A stretch of DNA of 63,741 bases, filler included, from Ferroacidibacillus organovorans (GTDB lineage Bacteria; Bacillota; Bacilli; Alicyclobacillales; SLC66): NCBI RefSeq assembly GCF_001642725.1. It is 4 parts of 4 records of this genome, joined end to end, with 100 filler letters (N's around TTAATTAATTAA, not from the genome) between each part and the next. Parts side by side here need not be neighbours in the genome. Positions count along the whole stretch, not along the records: positions 33,539 to 49,065 come from NZ_LSUQ01000061.1; positions 49,166 to 63,741 come from NZ_LSUQ01000063.1; 2 more parts are not named here. The stretch is one strand, 5' to 3'. Position 1 is the first letter of the stretch. Every line of letters starts with the position of its first letter. The translations under genes were made by a program, and so were the position numbers. Of the stretch, positions 41,543 through 51,311 are shown piece after piece. The notes below the pieces were generated by a model. That model had not been told where the DNA came from and searched no databases. It saw nothing but the letters and a program-made list of their open reading frames with translations.

Positions 41543-42561
41543 TCACGAGCCTCATCGTAGTCCAATCGATAATTCAATCCCATTGCCTCACGGACTTCCC
41601 TCATCGTTTCCTTTGCAATTTCCCTCGCACGTTTTGTACCGGCAATCAGGATTTCATCAGCCATGCGTGGATTGGCTTCATAGGCCACCCGGCGCTCACG
41701 CATGGGTTCCAGTAATTCATTGATTCTGCCGGCAATCCACCGCTTGCATTCGACGCAACCCATTGTCCCTGACCTGCATCCAGTAGCGACCTCATCGGAT
41801 GTGCCCGCTGCGAACGCTTGATGATATGTGAAAACAGGACACACTTCTGGATGTCCGGGATCCGACTTGCGAATTCGTGCAGGATCCGTAACTGCGACTT
41901 GAATCTTATCCCGCACTTCTTGGGCCGATGCATCCAGCGTGATCGCATTACCCATACTCTTACTCATCTTGCTTTTTCCGTCCAAGCCGACGAGTCTTGG
42001 CACCTCTCCGACGACGGCCTTCGGCTCAATCAGAACTGGCGCATACAGCTCATTGAAGCGGCGAACGATTTTTCGGGTTTGCTCAATGTGCGGAACTTGA
42101 TCTTCTCCTACCGGAACCAAAGTCGCCTTGCAAAACGTTATGTCGGCCGCCTGACTGACTGGGTAACCCAAGAATCCATAGTACAGTTGATCGTATCCTC
42201 GTTCGGCTGCCTCAGACTTCACCGTCGGGTTATGGCGCAGTGAATTGACCGTGACAAACATGGAATAGAAGATTGTGAGTTCGGCGATTTCAGGCACGAG
42301 AGATTGAACGAAAATCGTGGCCTTCTCCGGGTCAATGCCCACCGCCAAATAGTCCATCGCAATCTGACGTAGATGTTGTTCGATTTCCTTTGGGGATTCA
42401 AAATGTGTAGTCAGTGCTTGAACATCCGCAAGCAGGATGAAGGTGTCATACTTCTGTTGCATGTCAATGCGATTTTTCAGGCTGCCGACATAATGACCGA
42501 GGTGCAACTTCCCAGTGGTGCGATCTCCGGTCAATACCCGTTCTTCGTAATTGCTCTGCAT
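41539..42561 (-). CDS. trpS: tryptophan--tRNA ligase (auxiliary/type II-like)
   Basis: TGDRTTGKLHLGH, YPVSQAADI, VPVGEDQ, KMSKS. Confidence 0.95.
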   Translation of the reverse strand: MQSNYEERVLTGDRTTGKLHLGHYVGSLKNRIDMQQKYDTFILLADVQALTTHFESPKEIEQHLRQIAMDYLAVGIDPEKATIFVQSLVPEIAELTIFYSMFVTVNSLRHNPTVKSEAAERGYDQLYYGFLGYPVSQAADITFCKATLVPVGEDQVPHIEQTRKIVRRFNELYAPVLIEPKAVVGEVPRLVGLDGKSKMSKSMGNAITLDASAQEVRDKIQVAVTDPARIRKSDPGHPEVCPVFTYHQAFAAGTSDEVATGCRSGTMGCVECKRWIAGRINELLEPMRERRVAYEANPRMADEILIAGTKRAREIAKETMREVREAMGLNYRLDYDEARD

Positions 42562-42622
42562 TCATATCACTCCTGTTTTGTGAGTTGAATTTTGTCTTGA
42601 ACCACCACCAACCATCGCTCAC
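42464..42622 (-). CDS. putative Trp-sensing leader ORF (MSDGWWWF..., 52 aa)
   Basis: GAGGAGGT SD just before GTG; TGG x3 at 42602-42610; overlaps the trpS start out of frame. Confidence 0.55.
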   Translation of the reverse strand: MSDGWWWFKTKFNSQNRSDMNAEQLRRTGIDRRSHHWEVAPRSLCRQPEKSH

Positions 42623-42654
42623 ACCACCACCTCCTCGTTTCACGGGCCAAAATT

Positions 42655-42945
42655 GAATACAAAAAGGCCCCACATCCGCCAAGGGACGTGAGACCGTGGT
42701 GCCACCCTAATTCGCCGGGGTATGCCCGACGCACTTTAGAGTACGGAGACCAACGAAACAAAAATGATCTCGATACCTGCCTCTTGGTAACGGAGAGGCA
42801 CGCCCGGCAAGGCATACTGCCACAATGTGGGTTCAGCCAGCGACTCAGAAGTCCATTCGACATCCTATGCGTATCGGCTCACACCATTCGCCGACTCTCT
42901 GGAACGCACGTGGTATGCGTACTCGTCTTCGTCAAAGTCAATCCG
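42655..42945 (-). ncRNA. T-box riboswitch, Trp specifier
   Basis: AGAGA and GGTGTGA stem I motifs; specifier TGG at 42853-42855; AATTAGGGTGGCACCACGG T-box; terminator hairpin plus T run. Confidence 0.93.
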
Positions 42946-42959
42946 TTGGAATTTGTTTC

Positions 42960-42989
42960 ATGATACACAGGGACGATCAATTTCGTCAA
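42960..42989 (-). promoter_or_regulatory. sigmaA-like promoter of the T-box leader
   Basis: TTGACG-N18-TATCAT. Confidence 0.55.
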
Positions 42990-43008
42990 CGTCAGGATTT
43001 CTTACAGT

Positions 43009-43773
43009 TCAATTCTGAATCCGTTGGAAGGTTTTTCTACGATTCGCTTCTTCCACAAACGCCTTCAGTCCATCACAATTTTTCTGAATGAATGTCGTCC
43101 ACAGCGTTCTCCCCATTTCGGTCAACTGTTCAGGTGTATAACTCCCAGCGACAAATTCTCCCCAATTCCCGTCACGGGTTAGTTTCTCCCATCCTACGAT
43201 GTCAGCAAATTTGTTGTTTTCGACGGGAACTGGTGAACCCGCAGACTGCGGTTTCACGTATTCCGGGCAGAGAAACATCACCGTACAAAGTCCAATAAGC
43301 CCTCCATGAATCTCATTGCGACCAGTCAGCCCGGCAATTTCCAAGGCTTCTTCGAACGCACCCCGTTGATGGTGTGGATGCACCACAACGATGTCTTTAT
43401 ACTTGAAATTCGTATGCTTAATGAAAGAGGCTAACCAGTATGAACCACCGTGACCAGACGTGATCACAAACTTTTTGAACCCCTGACGGCGCAGATTCAT
43501 AATCATATCTTCAACGAAAGCACTGATGACACTCGGACTGACGGTTACTGTGCCTTTGAAGGCTGCATGTTCCTCTGAGGTATTAAACGGCAGAACTGGC
43601 AGAACGTAGGCATTCAGGGCCTTACCATACTCGTTACCATAAAGTTCCGCAATCAACGTATCTACGTGCATTGGCAGCGTCGGGCCAAATTGTTCGGTTG
43701 CTCCGAGTGGGATCACGACTGTATCGACACGACTCGCCATTATCTCCGTCGTTGTGTTGGTATGATTTAGCAT
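43009..43773 (-). CDS. creatininase family protein
   Basis: PLGATEQFG, SEEH, SGHGG, EIHGG. Confidence 0.82.
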   Translation of the reverse strand: MLNHTNTTTEIMASRVDTVVIPLGATEQFGPTLPMHVDTLIAELYGNEYGKALNAYVLPVLPFNTSEEHAAFKGTVTVSPSVISAFVEDMIMNLRRQGFKKFVITSGHGGSYWLASFIKHTNFKYKDIVVVHPHHQRGAFEEALEIAGLTGRNEIHGGLIGLCTVMFLCPEYVKPQSAGSPVPVENNKFADIVGWEKLTRDGNWGEFVAGSYTPEQLTEMGRTLWTTFIQKNCDGLKAFVEEANRRKTFQRIQN

Positions 43774-44038
43774 ATACTCTCTCCTTCTCGATGAAGTGCT
43801 TGAACTTGGCGTCACGAGGAACATCTCTGTCATGTTTAGGGACCAATCATTTTCATCATATAATTTTCTCCGTGAGTTACCCTAGCGGAAGCGGTATGTT
43901 CTGCACAAAACCCATTGAACACGCGGTATCAATACATACGCGTGTATTAACGTTCCTGCCTTCTGTTAGTATTGCAACTGCTACTGTTCCTGCCTGAGCG
44001 TGTTTCAAAAGTTCACGAGGATTCAACACAGACTGCAC

Positions 44039-44071
44039 CCATTGCGCAATACTGCCTTTGAGTTCAATAAC
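44039..44071 (-). repeat. putative cassette recombination site
   Basis: Minus strand GTTATTGAACTCAAAGGCAGTATTGCGCAATGG. Confidence 0.6.
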
Positions 44072-44153
44072 TGCTGTTCAGCCAAAATGGGTATTTATGC
44101 ATGATAGTCGACCCGATCCGATTCGCCCAAAGCTTACTCTCCTGCTTTATGAA

Positions 44154-44998
44154 TTAGAGCACGTTCGCTTGGACGTACCAACTGAGTGCGCGCAACCGTT
44201 CGTCGATCTTTTCAATCAATCCACTATCGACTTGTTTCCACTTCAAAAGAAAATATAGGCTGCGAAGAAAGTGTTCCAAATTCGTGAGTCGAATGGTGTC
44301 GTCCGGTTCAGGTCCTTCCGGCTTAATAAATCTATTCATCCAATCCTCAATGCGTCGGCGGTGACCCATCCCTTTTTGATGATTCGACTTGCTGTAAACG
44401 CCAGTCTGTCGTCTTCTTGAAAATAGATTGGATTTGAAACTGATGCCAAATCCGCCACACAGTGAAGCACCTCCAGCCGCTCCATCTCGGTGGAAAATGG
44501 ATGTTGAGCGCAACTGTCCAGCGCATCCGCCGCATGTGCAATAGTATGCGCCCAACCTTTGCCATCGATGTAGCCGCGACGGTCGCGTTCCTCCCTCGCA
44601 TAGGACAACACACTGCGAATGGTGTCGTGCACTAGATCCGCACTCAGTTGCTGGTGTTCTATGTCAGGATCGAGAATTAATGGTACAACAAGAATTGAGA
44701 AGCCTCGTATAAAAACTGAATCGGTTACGGATTCACCAATTCGATAGAACAGGTGTTGGTCATCCAATGCAACCTTTAATAGCGTTTGACGATCCTCAAC
44801 GCTTAGGAAATGATATTCTGTCAGCAAACGCGCCAACAGGGAGTAGGACAGTCTATCTCGCAAACGGGCGTCAGTTGAACGGAAATTTTCAACCAATGCC
44901 AGACAGAACGCCAACAGGTTCGTGCCAGTAGGAAATTGGCAATCGTTATCCATGATTTTAGATAAGAGTTCCGCATTGTGTGCTCGATTCTGCGTCAT
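44154..44998 (-). pseudogene. DUF2785 domain protein, frameshifted near 44345
   Basis: RGYIDGKGWAHTIAHAADAL and EDDRL; tail HFLRSLYF in another frame. Confidence 0.8.
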
Positions 44999-45113
44999 TA
45001 GGTCCTCCATGTGAAAATGATGACAACAAATAACGCGAGACAGGTTGGACTGCGTTATCACATTGTCCCTCTCAATGATTTTTAATCTGATACTCAAAAT
45101 TCTACATGAGTTG

Positions 45114-45145
45114 CTATTCTATTAACTGCCCGAGAGCTAAAGATG
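45114..45145 (-). repeat. putative cassette recombination site
   Basis: Minus strand CATCTTTAGCTCTCGGGCAGTTAATAGAATAG. Confidence 0.65.
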
Positions 45146-45539
45146 GGCAACAAATTGACTACGCATGTTTATACACCAGACCACTTCATTGCATTCTTGC
45201 AGATCAGCACCCTTTAGAGACAGAGGGAAAGGATTATTTTCAAACACCCTTCGTCTTTGAAGTGTCTCACAATTTGGGGCTACCAAGTTTCCCCTACAGT
45301 CAACGAATCGGCATGTTCGAATTCAACGGTATGTAGTTCATTCAAACTGCTTTATCTGTTCTACGACGACCAGACTCTATCTTCAAAAGCCGTGGAAATC
45401 AACCGAACGATACCATACGATGTTTCACCTGTTCGAAGATGAAGAAGAATTTCTACTCCCGGACATCTTGAAAATCCACTTCATGGAAATCCCCAAAGTT
45501 ATAGTGAACTAGCATAGGAACGCTGTCAATCTTCACGAA

Positions 45540-45690
45540 AACATGCTCGTCCACGTAATCATAAATTTGGACTTCCTGCTTTGACACATATAATCGGTGA
45601 AGACGTCCGGCGTATTGCTGTACTGTTCCCTTCCGCGAAATTGGCATGGCCAGAAATAGAGTATCAAGACGAGCATCATCAAAGCCTTAA
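45540..45690 (-). pseudogene. DEAD/DEAH helicase C-terminal fragment
   Basis: GFDDARLDTLFLAMPIS..QYAGRLHR..IYDYVD. Confidence 0.7.
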
Positions 45691-45808
45691 AGGGTCACAG
45701 TGAATTAAGAAAAATTCATGGGGATATCAGCTATAGAGTCAACTACATCGTCAGCCATCGATAAATCTTGATTCCCGGAATTCACATTTTGATAACCAAT
45801 AAACTTCA

Positions 45809-46102
45809 TGATTTTAAGTCAATACGGTGGACACACCAAACAATGGATATATAAAAATTCAGTCCCAATTTCAGCAGACAGTATAGACTCTATTACTAAA
45901 CTTCCTTAGACTGATAATACATAGTATGGAATTGAGCAGGGGTACGGTAGCCAATGGAAGAGTAAATCCGCCTGCGGTTGTACCACAGTTCAATGTATTC
46001 CCAGATGTCTCGCTTCGCTTGAACTCGTGTTGTATCTAACTCAAGGTGTATCAGTTCTCGCTTGATGACGCTGCGCAAAGATTCGATACACGTATTATCC
46101 AA
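45809..46102 (-). mobile_element. IS3-family remnant (integrase C-terminus plus right end)
   Basis: DNTCIES..IKRE..YIELWYNRRR..SSIGYRTP; terminal GTGTCCACCGTATTGACTTAAAATCA. Confidence 0.8.
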
Positions 46103-46416
46103 CGCTTTCGGATGTTGCAGTTGATCACGCTTCGGACATGGCTTCGCTTTCGCTGACCTTAGCAGTTCGTCGAGTCTAGCCCCGCGACTTGGGAGGTTGG
46201 TTCCCCCTCACGGATACATTGTTTGATGGGCTTCACACCCTGTCTGCTCAAACTCAACGCATACCATCCTTGCCTTGACGGGATGAGATACCCACCAACT
46301 ACCAAAGTTGGTGTCTTCAATACATAGCGCCTCATGGCGCACTGGATTCTTCTGCCTAAGACAGCAATAATACTCAAAGCCGTCTAATGCTCGGTTTTTC
46401 TGAACGAACATGAGGC

Positions 46417-46448
46417 GTTATGTATTTACGTCCCCATTTAGGAACCGC
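46417..46448 (-). repeat. putative cassette recombination site
   Basis: Minus strand GCGGTTCCTAAATGGGGACGTAAATACATAAC, just after the oxidoreductase stop. Confidence 0.5.
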
Positions 46449-46451
46449 TTG

Positions 46452-47435
46452 TCACTCACTAACCGTCAATAACACCTTTCCAACGCTGTGTCTTCCCTCT
46501 ACAACTCGATGGGCTTCAGCTGCATCCTCTAATTTAAAGCGATGCCCAACTTTGATTTTTAATCTTCCGTTCGACAGATACCCAAAAACGTGATTCGCAG
46601 TATCACGAAGAAGATAAGGTCTTTCTTTTCGTGTCGTACCTAAGCTAAAACCTAAGACTGAACGACAGCTTGAGTGCAGGTCACTTGTTTGAAAATGCCC
46701 CACTTCACCACTTGAATTCCCAAAATGAATCAGGCGTCCATAATTAGCAAGGCACTGCAAACTCTTCTCAGAGACCGACCCTGCAACCGAATCCAAAATA
46801 ACGTCAACACCTCGACCGTCGGTGATCTCCTTAACTTTGATTGAGAAATCTTCTGTGCCATAGCAAATCACATGGTCGCAACCAGCCTCAAGGGCAGTTT
46901 GGAACTTAGATTCATTGCCCACTGTACCAATAACACAGCTTGCTCCTAGAATTTTTGCTAGCTGTGATGCAGTGGTTCCAACACCCCCAGCCGCTGCATG
47001 AATCAAGACCATTTCTCCTTGTGTCAATCTTGCTACATCGGCAAGTAACTTGTAAGCAGTAAAGGAAACAATTGGACACGCCGCCGCAATTTCAAAATGC
47101 AAATTGTCAGGGATTACAAAGGTGAGCGATTCATTTGCAACTACATATTCAGCGTAGGAGCCGTTCAGGGGAAAAGCGATAACTCGTTGTCCAACTTTCA
47201 GATTGTGAACTTCATCACCAAGTTCTTCAATCACCCCTGCGACATCTAATCCGGGTATGAACGGAGGATGATTACCTCCGCTCTTATTACCATAGCGAGC
47301 TTTCACGTCGGCAAAGTTTACACTTGTCGCAACGGTGCGAATCAATACCTGAGTTGCCTTTGGTGCCGGCGTATTCACATCTGTGTAGTGCATGACATCT
47401 GGTGTTCCATAATCGGTTATGACGACTGCTTTCAT
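46452..47435 (-). CDS. NADPH:quinone oxidoreductase (MDR family)
   Basis: SVNFAD, PGLDVAG, HAAAGGVG, GKVLL; lower GC than neighbours. Confidence 0.9.
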   Translation of the reverse strand: MKAVVITDYGTPDVMHYTDVNTPAPKATQVLIRTVATSVNFADVKARYGNKSGGNHPPFIPGLDVAGVIEELGDEVHNLKVGQRVIAFPLNGSYAEYVVANESLTFVIPDNLHFEIAAACPIVSFTAYKLLADVARLTQGEMVLIHAAAGGVGTTASQLAKILGASCVIGTVGNESKFQTALEAGCDHVICYGTEDFSIKVKEITDGRGVDVILDSVAGSVSEKSLQCLANYGRLIHFGNSSGEVGHFQTSDLHSSCRSVLGFSLGTTRKERPYLLRDTANHVFGYLSNGRLKIKVGHRFKLEDAAEAHRVVEGRHSVGKVLLTVSE

Positions 47436-47515
47436 ATATTGTCTCCTCCCGTACAGTTAGAAAATAATAAATTTAGTTATTCAATTCTGAATTTAAAACC
47501 GATTATTGGAATTGG

Positions 47516-47584
47516 CTCTCTCCAAAATTGCCCCTGTTTTCGTATGGCTCGCTGTTGAAGATAACTGCCCGAAATCGGCGTAGG
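47516..47584 (-). repeat. integrase-proximal site pair (candidate attI-like site at 47552-47584)
   Basis: Minus strand CCTACGCCGATTTCGGGCAGTTATCTTCAACAG then CCATACGAAAACAGGGGCAATTTTGGAGAGAG. Confidence 0.65.
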
Positions 47585-47726
47585 CCGACTCGCTCAGTTC
47601 GCATATTCTTACAACTTCTCTGCATAAGAGTCGCCATGTGTGGATCACTCAATGCCAGGTTTTCCGCGCTCTCCAAGCATCGTTTCCCTCAGTATACACG
47701 GCGACGATTGGTTTTGCAGACATTCA

Positions 47727-48562
47727 TCACTGCACGAAATATCGCTGATATGCTTGTTGGCGTATGGTGCCACTAAGGGATGCGTACAGCTGCGTGGTCT
47801 CTGGTTTCTCATGGCCCAAAATAGACTGCACGGCAACAAGGGGTGCGCCCTGATTGAGCAATACGGTTGCGAGGGTATGGCGAATCTTGTGGGGGCTGAT
47901 CTTGGTTTGCAAGTCGGATCGATTCGCGGTCCGATTGAAAATATACTCAATCTGATGAATCGACATCCGGTGCGGTTTTCTCTCGGTCACAAACAGCGCC
48001 ACATCCTTATCGCCGCGATAATTCAGATACCGCTGTAACCATATGCGGGCCTTCGAGCCGAAGTACACCTCTCGTTCCTTGTTTCCTTTCCCGATCACGT
48101 TCACACTCCCGCGCTGCCAATCAATCGCACTACGATCGAGTTTGTAAATCTCCCCCACCCGACATCCCGTGGCGAAGAAGAATTCCACGAGCGCATGCTC
48201 CAGGACACTGGTGCAAGAATCCCGCAACATTTCTAGTTCATCGATGGTGAGTGCCTTTGGCACACGTTTTCCAAGCTTCGGTTCCTTCAACTTCATGGTC
48301 GGATTGCGCACGAGGAGATCCTCTTCCACCAACCACTTGAATTGAACAAACTCATGATGGCCCGTACATTATACCCGAGACTGCTCGCTTTCAAATGCAT
48401 GTGCTGCTGCAGATGTTCCCGCAGTTGTTCCGACGTGATCGTGTCCCCGATGTCTTTTATCAACTGGTGATGCTGCACCCGGTACGCCTTTACTGTATAG
48501 GGCGAATACCCCTCCTGCGCCTGGAGGGTCAGATATCAGTTGGACGCATCATGCAATCGAAT
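47727..48562 (-). pseudogene. XerC/D-type tyrosine recombinase, about 280 aa, inactivated
   Basis: TGCR, GKG, HKIRH, LGH, TQLY catalytic set; N-terminal YSPYTVKAY; TGA at 48536-48538; TTCAA duplication frameshift at 48337-48346. Confidence 0.9.
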
Positions 48563-48594
48563 GAAGAGGCCCCCTTTCAGGGCGCTATTAACTT

Positions 48595-49035
48595 TCAGAA
48601 TAAAGACATCACTGCACAGAAGAGGATCGTCGACACGAGGACAAAAACCACTATGGGCAGTCCCCTTCTTGGTGTCGGTTGGTAGCCATCGAACCACGTA
48701 TTTTTTGACCGCCGTACTATAGACCTTGGCAAAGAGCAACGCCAGTCACCATATGAACAGCGTGGGCAGCACACCGAGTGCTGCCCGCAAACCATGGCCA
48801 TCTTCCAGTTCCCCTGGCCCCAGAGTCCAAGAAGCGTCGGAACGAGAAGCAGCAGTCCGGTGCAAACGAAGGCGAAAAACGCCTCTTCTCCCGAACCAAC
48901 ACCGAAGTGCAACGCCAAAAAGAGCCCCAGTCCAAACAGGTTCAGGACGTTTGGAATTCGCCGTTCCCGAATGTCAAACCGCGCCGCCACAAGGGCAAAT
49001 GCGATAAACGCGATCCCAATCCATAGTGGCTTCAT
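48595..49035 (-). pseudogene. A24 prepilin peptidase-like gene, degenerate
   Basis: DIRERRIPN; GQGNWK in place of GxGDxK; hydrophobic pattern breaks down in the 3' half. Confidence 0.65.
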
Positions 49036-49065
49036 AATTGCAGTTCCGTGATAGATCGATAATCC

Positions 49066-49165
49066 NNNNNNNNNNNNNNNNNNNNNNNNNNNNNNNNNNN
49101 NNNNNNNNNTTAATTAATTAANNNNNNNNNNNNNNNNNNNNNNNNNNNNNNNNNNNNNNNNNNNN
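49066..49165. other. artificial contig linker
   Basis: N44-TTAATTAATTAA-N44. Confidence 0.98.
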
Positions 49166-49167
49166 CG

Positions 49168-49620
49168 CCTGTACGCTCCCTACGCCAATCGAACGAAGTA
49201 AACGCACTCAGTTTCGCGAGGACCTGTTACGACCACATTGCTGGTCGATTTGGCGTCGCGTTCACTGACGCTTTGCTCAACAAGGGATACTTGGCGGAAC
49301 GAGAAGACGGGTATATCGTAACGCCACTTGGTGCGAAGTGGCTCGAAACATTTGGAATCGAAGAAAAGGTCGTTGAAAAACACGGATCCTCCGTTCCTAG
49401 GCACGTGGATTGGACCGAGCGGGTGCATCACATGGCAGGACCTGTGGCCTTGGCCGTCACAAAACGCCTGTTGGAGCTTGATTGGATTCGAAAAGGTTCC
49501 GTTCGCCGATCTATTGTTGTCACCACATTGGGTAAAGAAAAGTTGGAGTTGGAGTTAGAATTGACAGTCGGCAACGTCAATAATTCCCACCAGGTAGGAC
49601 GTGGATCAAAATCCAGTTGA
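49168..49620 (+). CDS. ArsR-family (YdfF-like) regulator, 5'-partial
   Basis: ARTCYDHIAG and DWTERVHHMAG motifs. Confidence 0.82.
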   Translation, partial: PVRSLRQSNEVNALSFARTCYDHIAGRFGVAFTDALLNKGYLAEREDGYIVTPLGAKWLETFGIEEKVVEKHGSSVPRHVDWTERVHHMAGPVALAVTKRLLELDWIRKGSVRRSIVVTTLGKEKLELELELTVGNVNNSHQVGRGSKSS

Positions 49621-49726
49621 TTGTTTCCTTTTGACTAGCACTCGAACCGAGCACCGTGTCAAACTCCATGGCACGGAATGTTCTTTTATTTCCGAGTTTC
49701 AATTTAATGTACGTACGCGATTATCG

Positions 49727-49759
49727 CGTATACAGTTAAGGGGCGATGCGAGCAATAAG
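49727..49759 (+). repeat. putative cassette recombination site
   Basis: CGTATACAGTTAAGGGGCGATGCGAGCAATAAG. Confidence 0.45.
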
Positions 49760-49798
49760 TAGGTAAATTAATGTATATGGAATTTCGCTCCTGTAGTC

Positions 49799-51202
49799 CT
49801 AATCGTCGAACCAAACGTTCTTTAACCTTCGCAGCCCCTCCTCCATTTCTGTACGCTCAAGGGCACCGAACCCGAGATATACATACGGCAGGTCGTTACT
49901 TGGACCTATCCTAGTATCGTTTCCAGTATATATACGAACCCCCACCCTAGCAGCTCGTTCCGTTAAATCCCTCTCCGTTAGGATGGTTCGTACAAGAAGG
50001 GCAACGTGAAGCCCCGCGCCGATACCGGAGACCACAACGTGGTCCTCCATGATCATGCGTAGGGCATGCAGCATATCCTGGTGCTTCCCCCTATAAATTC
50101 GACGAAAGCGGCGAATGTGCCTATCCCAAAACCCGCGGGTAATGAACATCTCCATCACATTCTGTTGAATACGTGAGACCGGACAGTCGAATCCTTGGGA
50201 CATACTTTTGAAACGCGCAAGAAGAGGTGGCGGGAGAACCATGTAATTCATACGAATTGCTGGCGTGAATGCTTTAGAAAACGTTCCGATATAAATCACT
50301 GAGTCCCTTTGGTCCAGTCCCTGAAGAGAAGGGATTGGGCGCTCACCGTAACGGAATTCGCTGTCATAATCGTCTTCGATGATAAAGCCATTTACAGCTT
50401 GAGCCCAACGCAGAAGTAGCATCCTCTTGTAATACGGCATGACCATTCCCTTTGGAAACTGGTGAGATGGAGTGACATAAACGATGTTCGCATCCGTTTC
50501 GCATAACTGATCGATGTCGAGACCATCGTGATCGAGACGGATGGGACGGATAGGAACACCTGAGTGCTCCAAAATGGCGCGTACACGATGGTACCCTGGA
50601 TTCTCCATAGCCGCAACCATGGGGTACTCATTGAGAAGCGTTCGTATAACCCCAATGCAATACTGTATGCCATTTCCGATAACAATCTGTTCGGGGCCGC
50701 ATCTCACTCCTCTAGAGTAGTGAAGGTACTTCGCCAATTCTCGACGAAGCCCCCACTCACCCTCAACTGCTCCGTAATCTAGCATTCTGCAATCCCTCTG
50801 ATTCAAAAGTTCATTGAATAGTGACTTCCATAACGCGAATGGAAAATTTTTAGAATCGATCCGAGATGGGTGAAAGTCAATGTCAATCGTGGGAGCACTT
50901 TGCCCACTAGTTGTCTCAACGGGACTTCCAACCGCATCATGAGGCGCTAGGCTTGTCTCGACAGGCATAGTGAAATAACCACGCCGAGGGCGACTTTCAA
51001 TGTATCCTTCAGCGAGCAGTTGTTGGTACGCCGTCTCGGCTGTGGTCTTACTAATGCGTAATGAATCAGCGAGACTCCGAATTGAAGGAAGTTTTGTTCC
51101 TGAGGATATACGCCCCGATTCGATTTCCGTACGAATGTACCTATACAGTTGTTCGTACCACGGGATTTGAGAATGCTCACTAAGACATATACTCACATCC
51201 AC
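49799..51202 (-). CDS. MocR/PdxR-type GntR regulator with aminotransferase domain
   Basis: LPSIRSLA, AYQQLLAEGY, TPSHQFP, EDDYDSEF, GTFSK. Confidence 0.92.
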   Translation of the reverse strand: MDVSICLSEHSQIPWYEQLYRYIRTEIESGRISSGTKLPSIRSLADSLRISKTTAETAYQQLLAEGYIESRPRRGYFTMPVETSLAPHDAVGSPVETTSGQSAPTIDIDFHPSRIDSKNFPFALWKSLFNELLNQRDCRMLDYGAVEGEWGLRRELAKYLHYSRGVRCGPEQIVIGNGIQYCIGVIRTLLNEYPMVAAMENPGYHRVRAILEHSGVPIRPIRLDHDGLDIDQLCETDANIVYVTPSHQFPKGMVMPYYKRMLLLRWAQAVNGFIIEDDYDSEFRYGERPIPSLQGLDQRDSVIYIGTFSKAFTPAIRMNYMVLPPPLLARFKSMSQGFDCPVSRIQQNVMEMFITRGFWDRHIRRFRRIYRGKHQDMLHALRMIMEDHVVVSGIGAGLHVALLVRTILTERDLTERAARVGVRIYTGNDTRIGPSNDLPYVYLGFGALERTEMEEGLRRLKNVWFDD

Positions 51203-51203
51203 T

Positions 51204-51233
51204 CTGACCACCTCATTTAATTGCAAACTGACC
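51204..51233. promoter_or_regulatory. MocR-type operator direct repeats
   Basis: CTGACCA at 51204 and 51228, plus inverted TGGTCAG at 51313, in a divergent intergenic region. Confidence 0.55.
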
Positions 51234-51311
51234 ATTGTCATCAGGACAGAATCATTATACCGTAAAATCACACTTTGAAGACATCGTTACCATCGTAAAA
51301 GGAGCGATCGT

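Noticed and set aside
33779..42561. Individual cassette sites between these genes
   Set aside because: The genes overlap or abut like an operon and no convincing site copies were seen; treated as one block within the tract.
42562..42615. Alternative leader MVGGGSRQNSTHKTGVI ending at the trpS start
   Set aside because: The SD-to-ATG spacing is about 14 nt and it has no Trp codons; the GTG-WWW frame fits better, though this one is not excluded.
45850..45878. Array-site look-alike (TCTGCTGAAATTGGGACTG...)
   Set aside because: It lies inside the IS3 remnant between the transposase stop and right end, so it is probably chance.
46159..46411. Possible group II intron maturase remnant (RRIQCAMRRY, SRQGWYALS)
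   Set aside because: Similarity is too weak, and no RT motifs or domain V hairpin were found.
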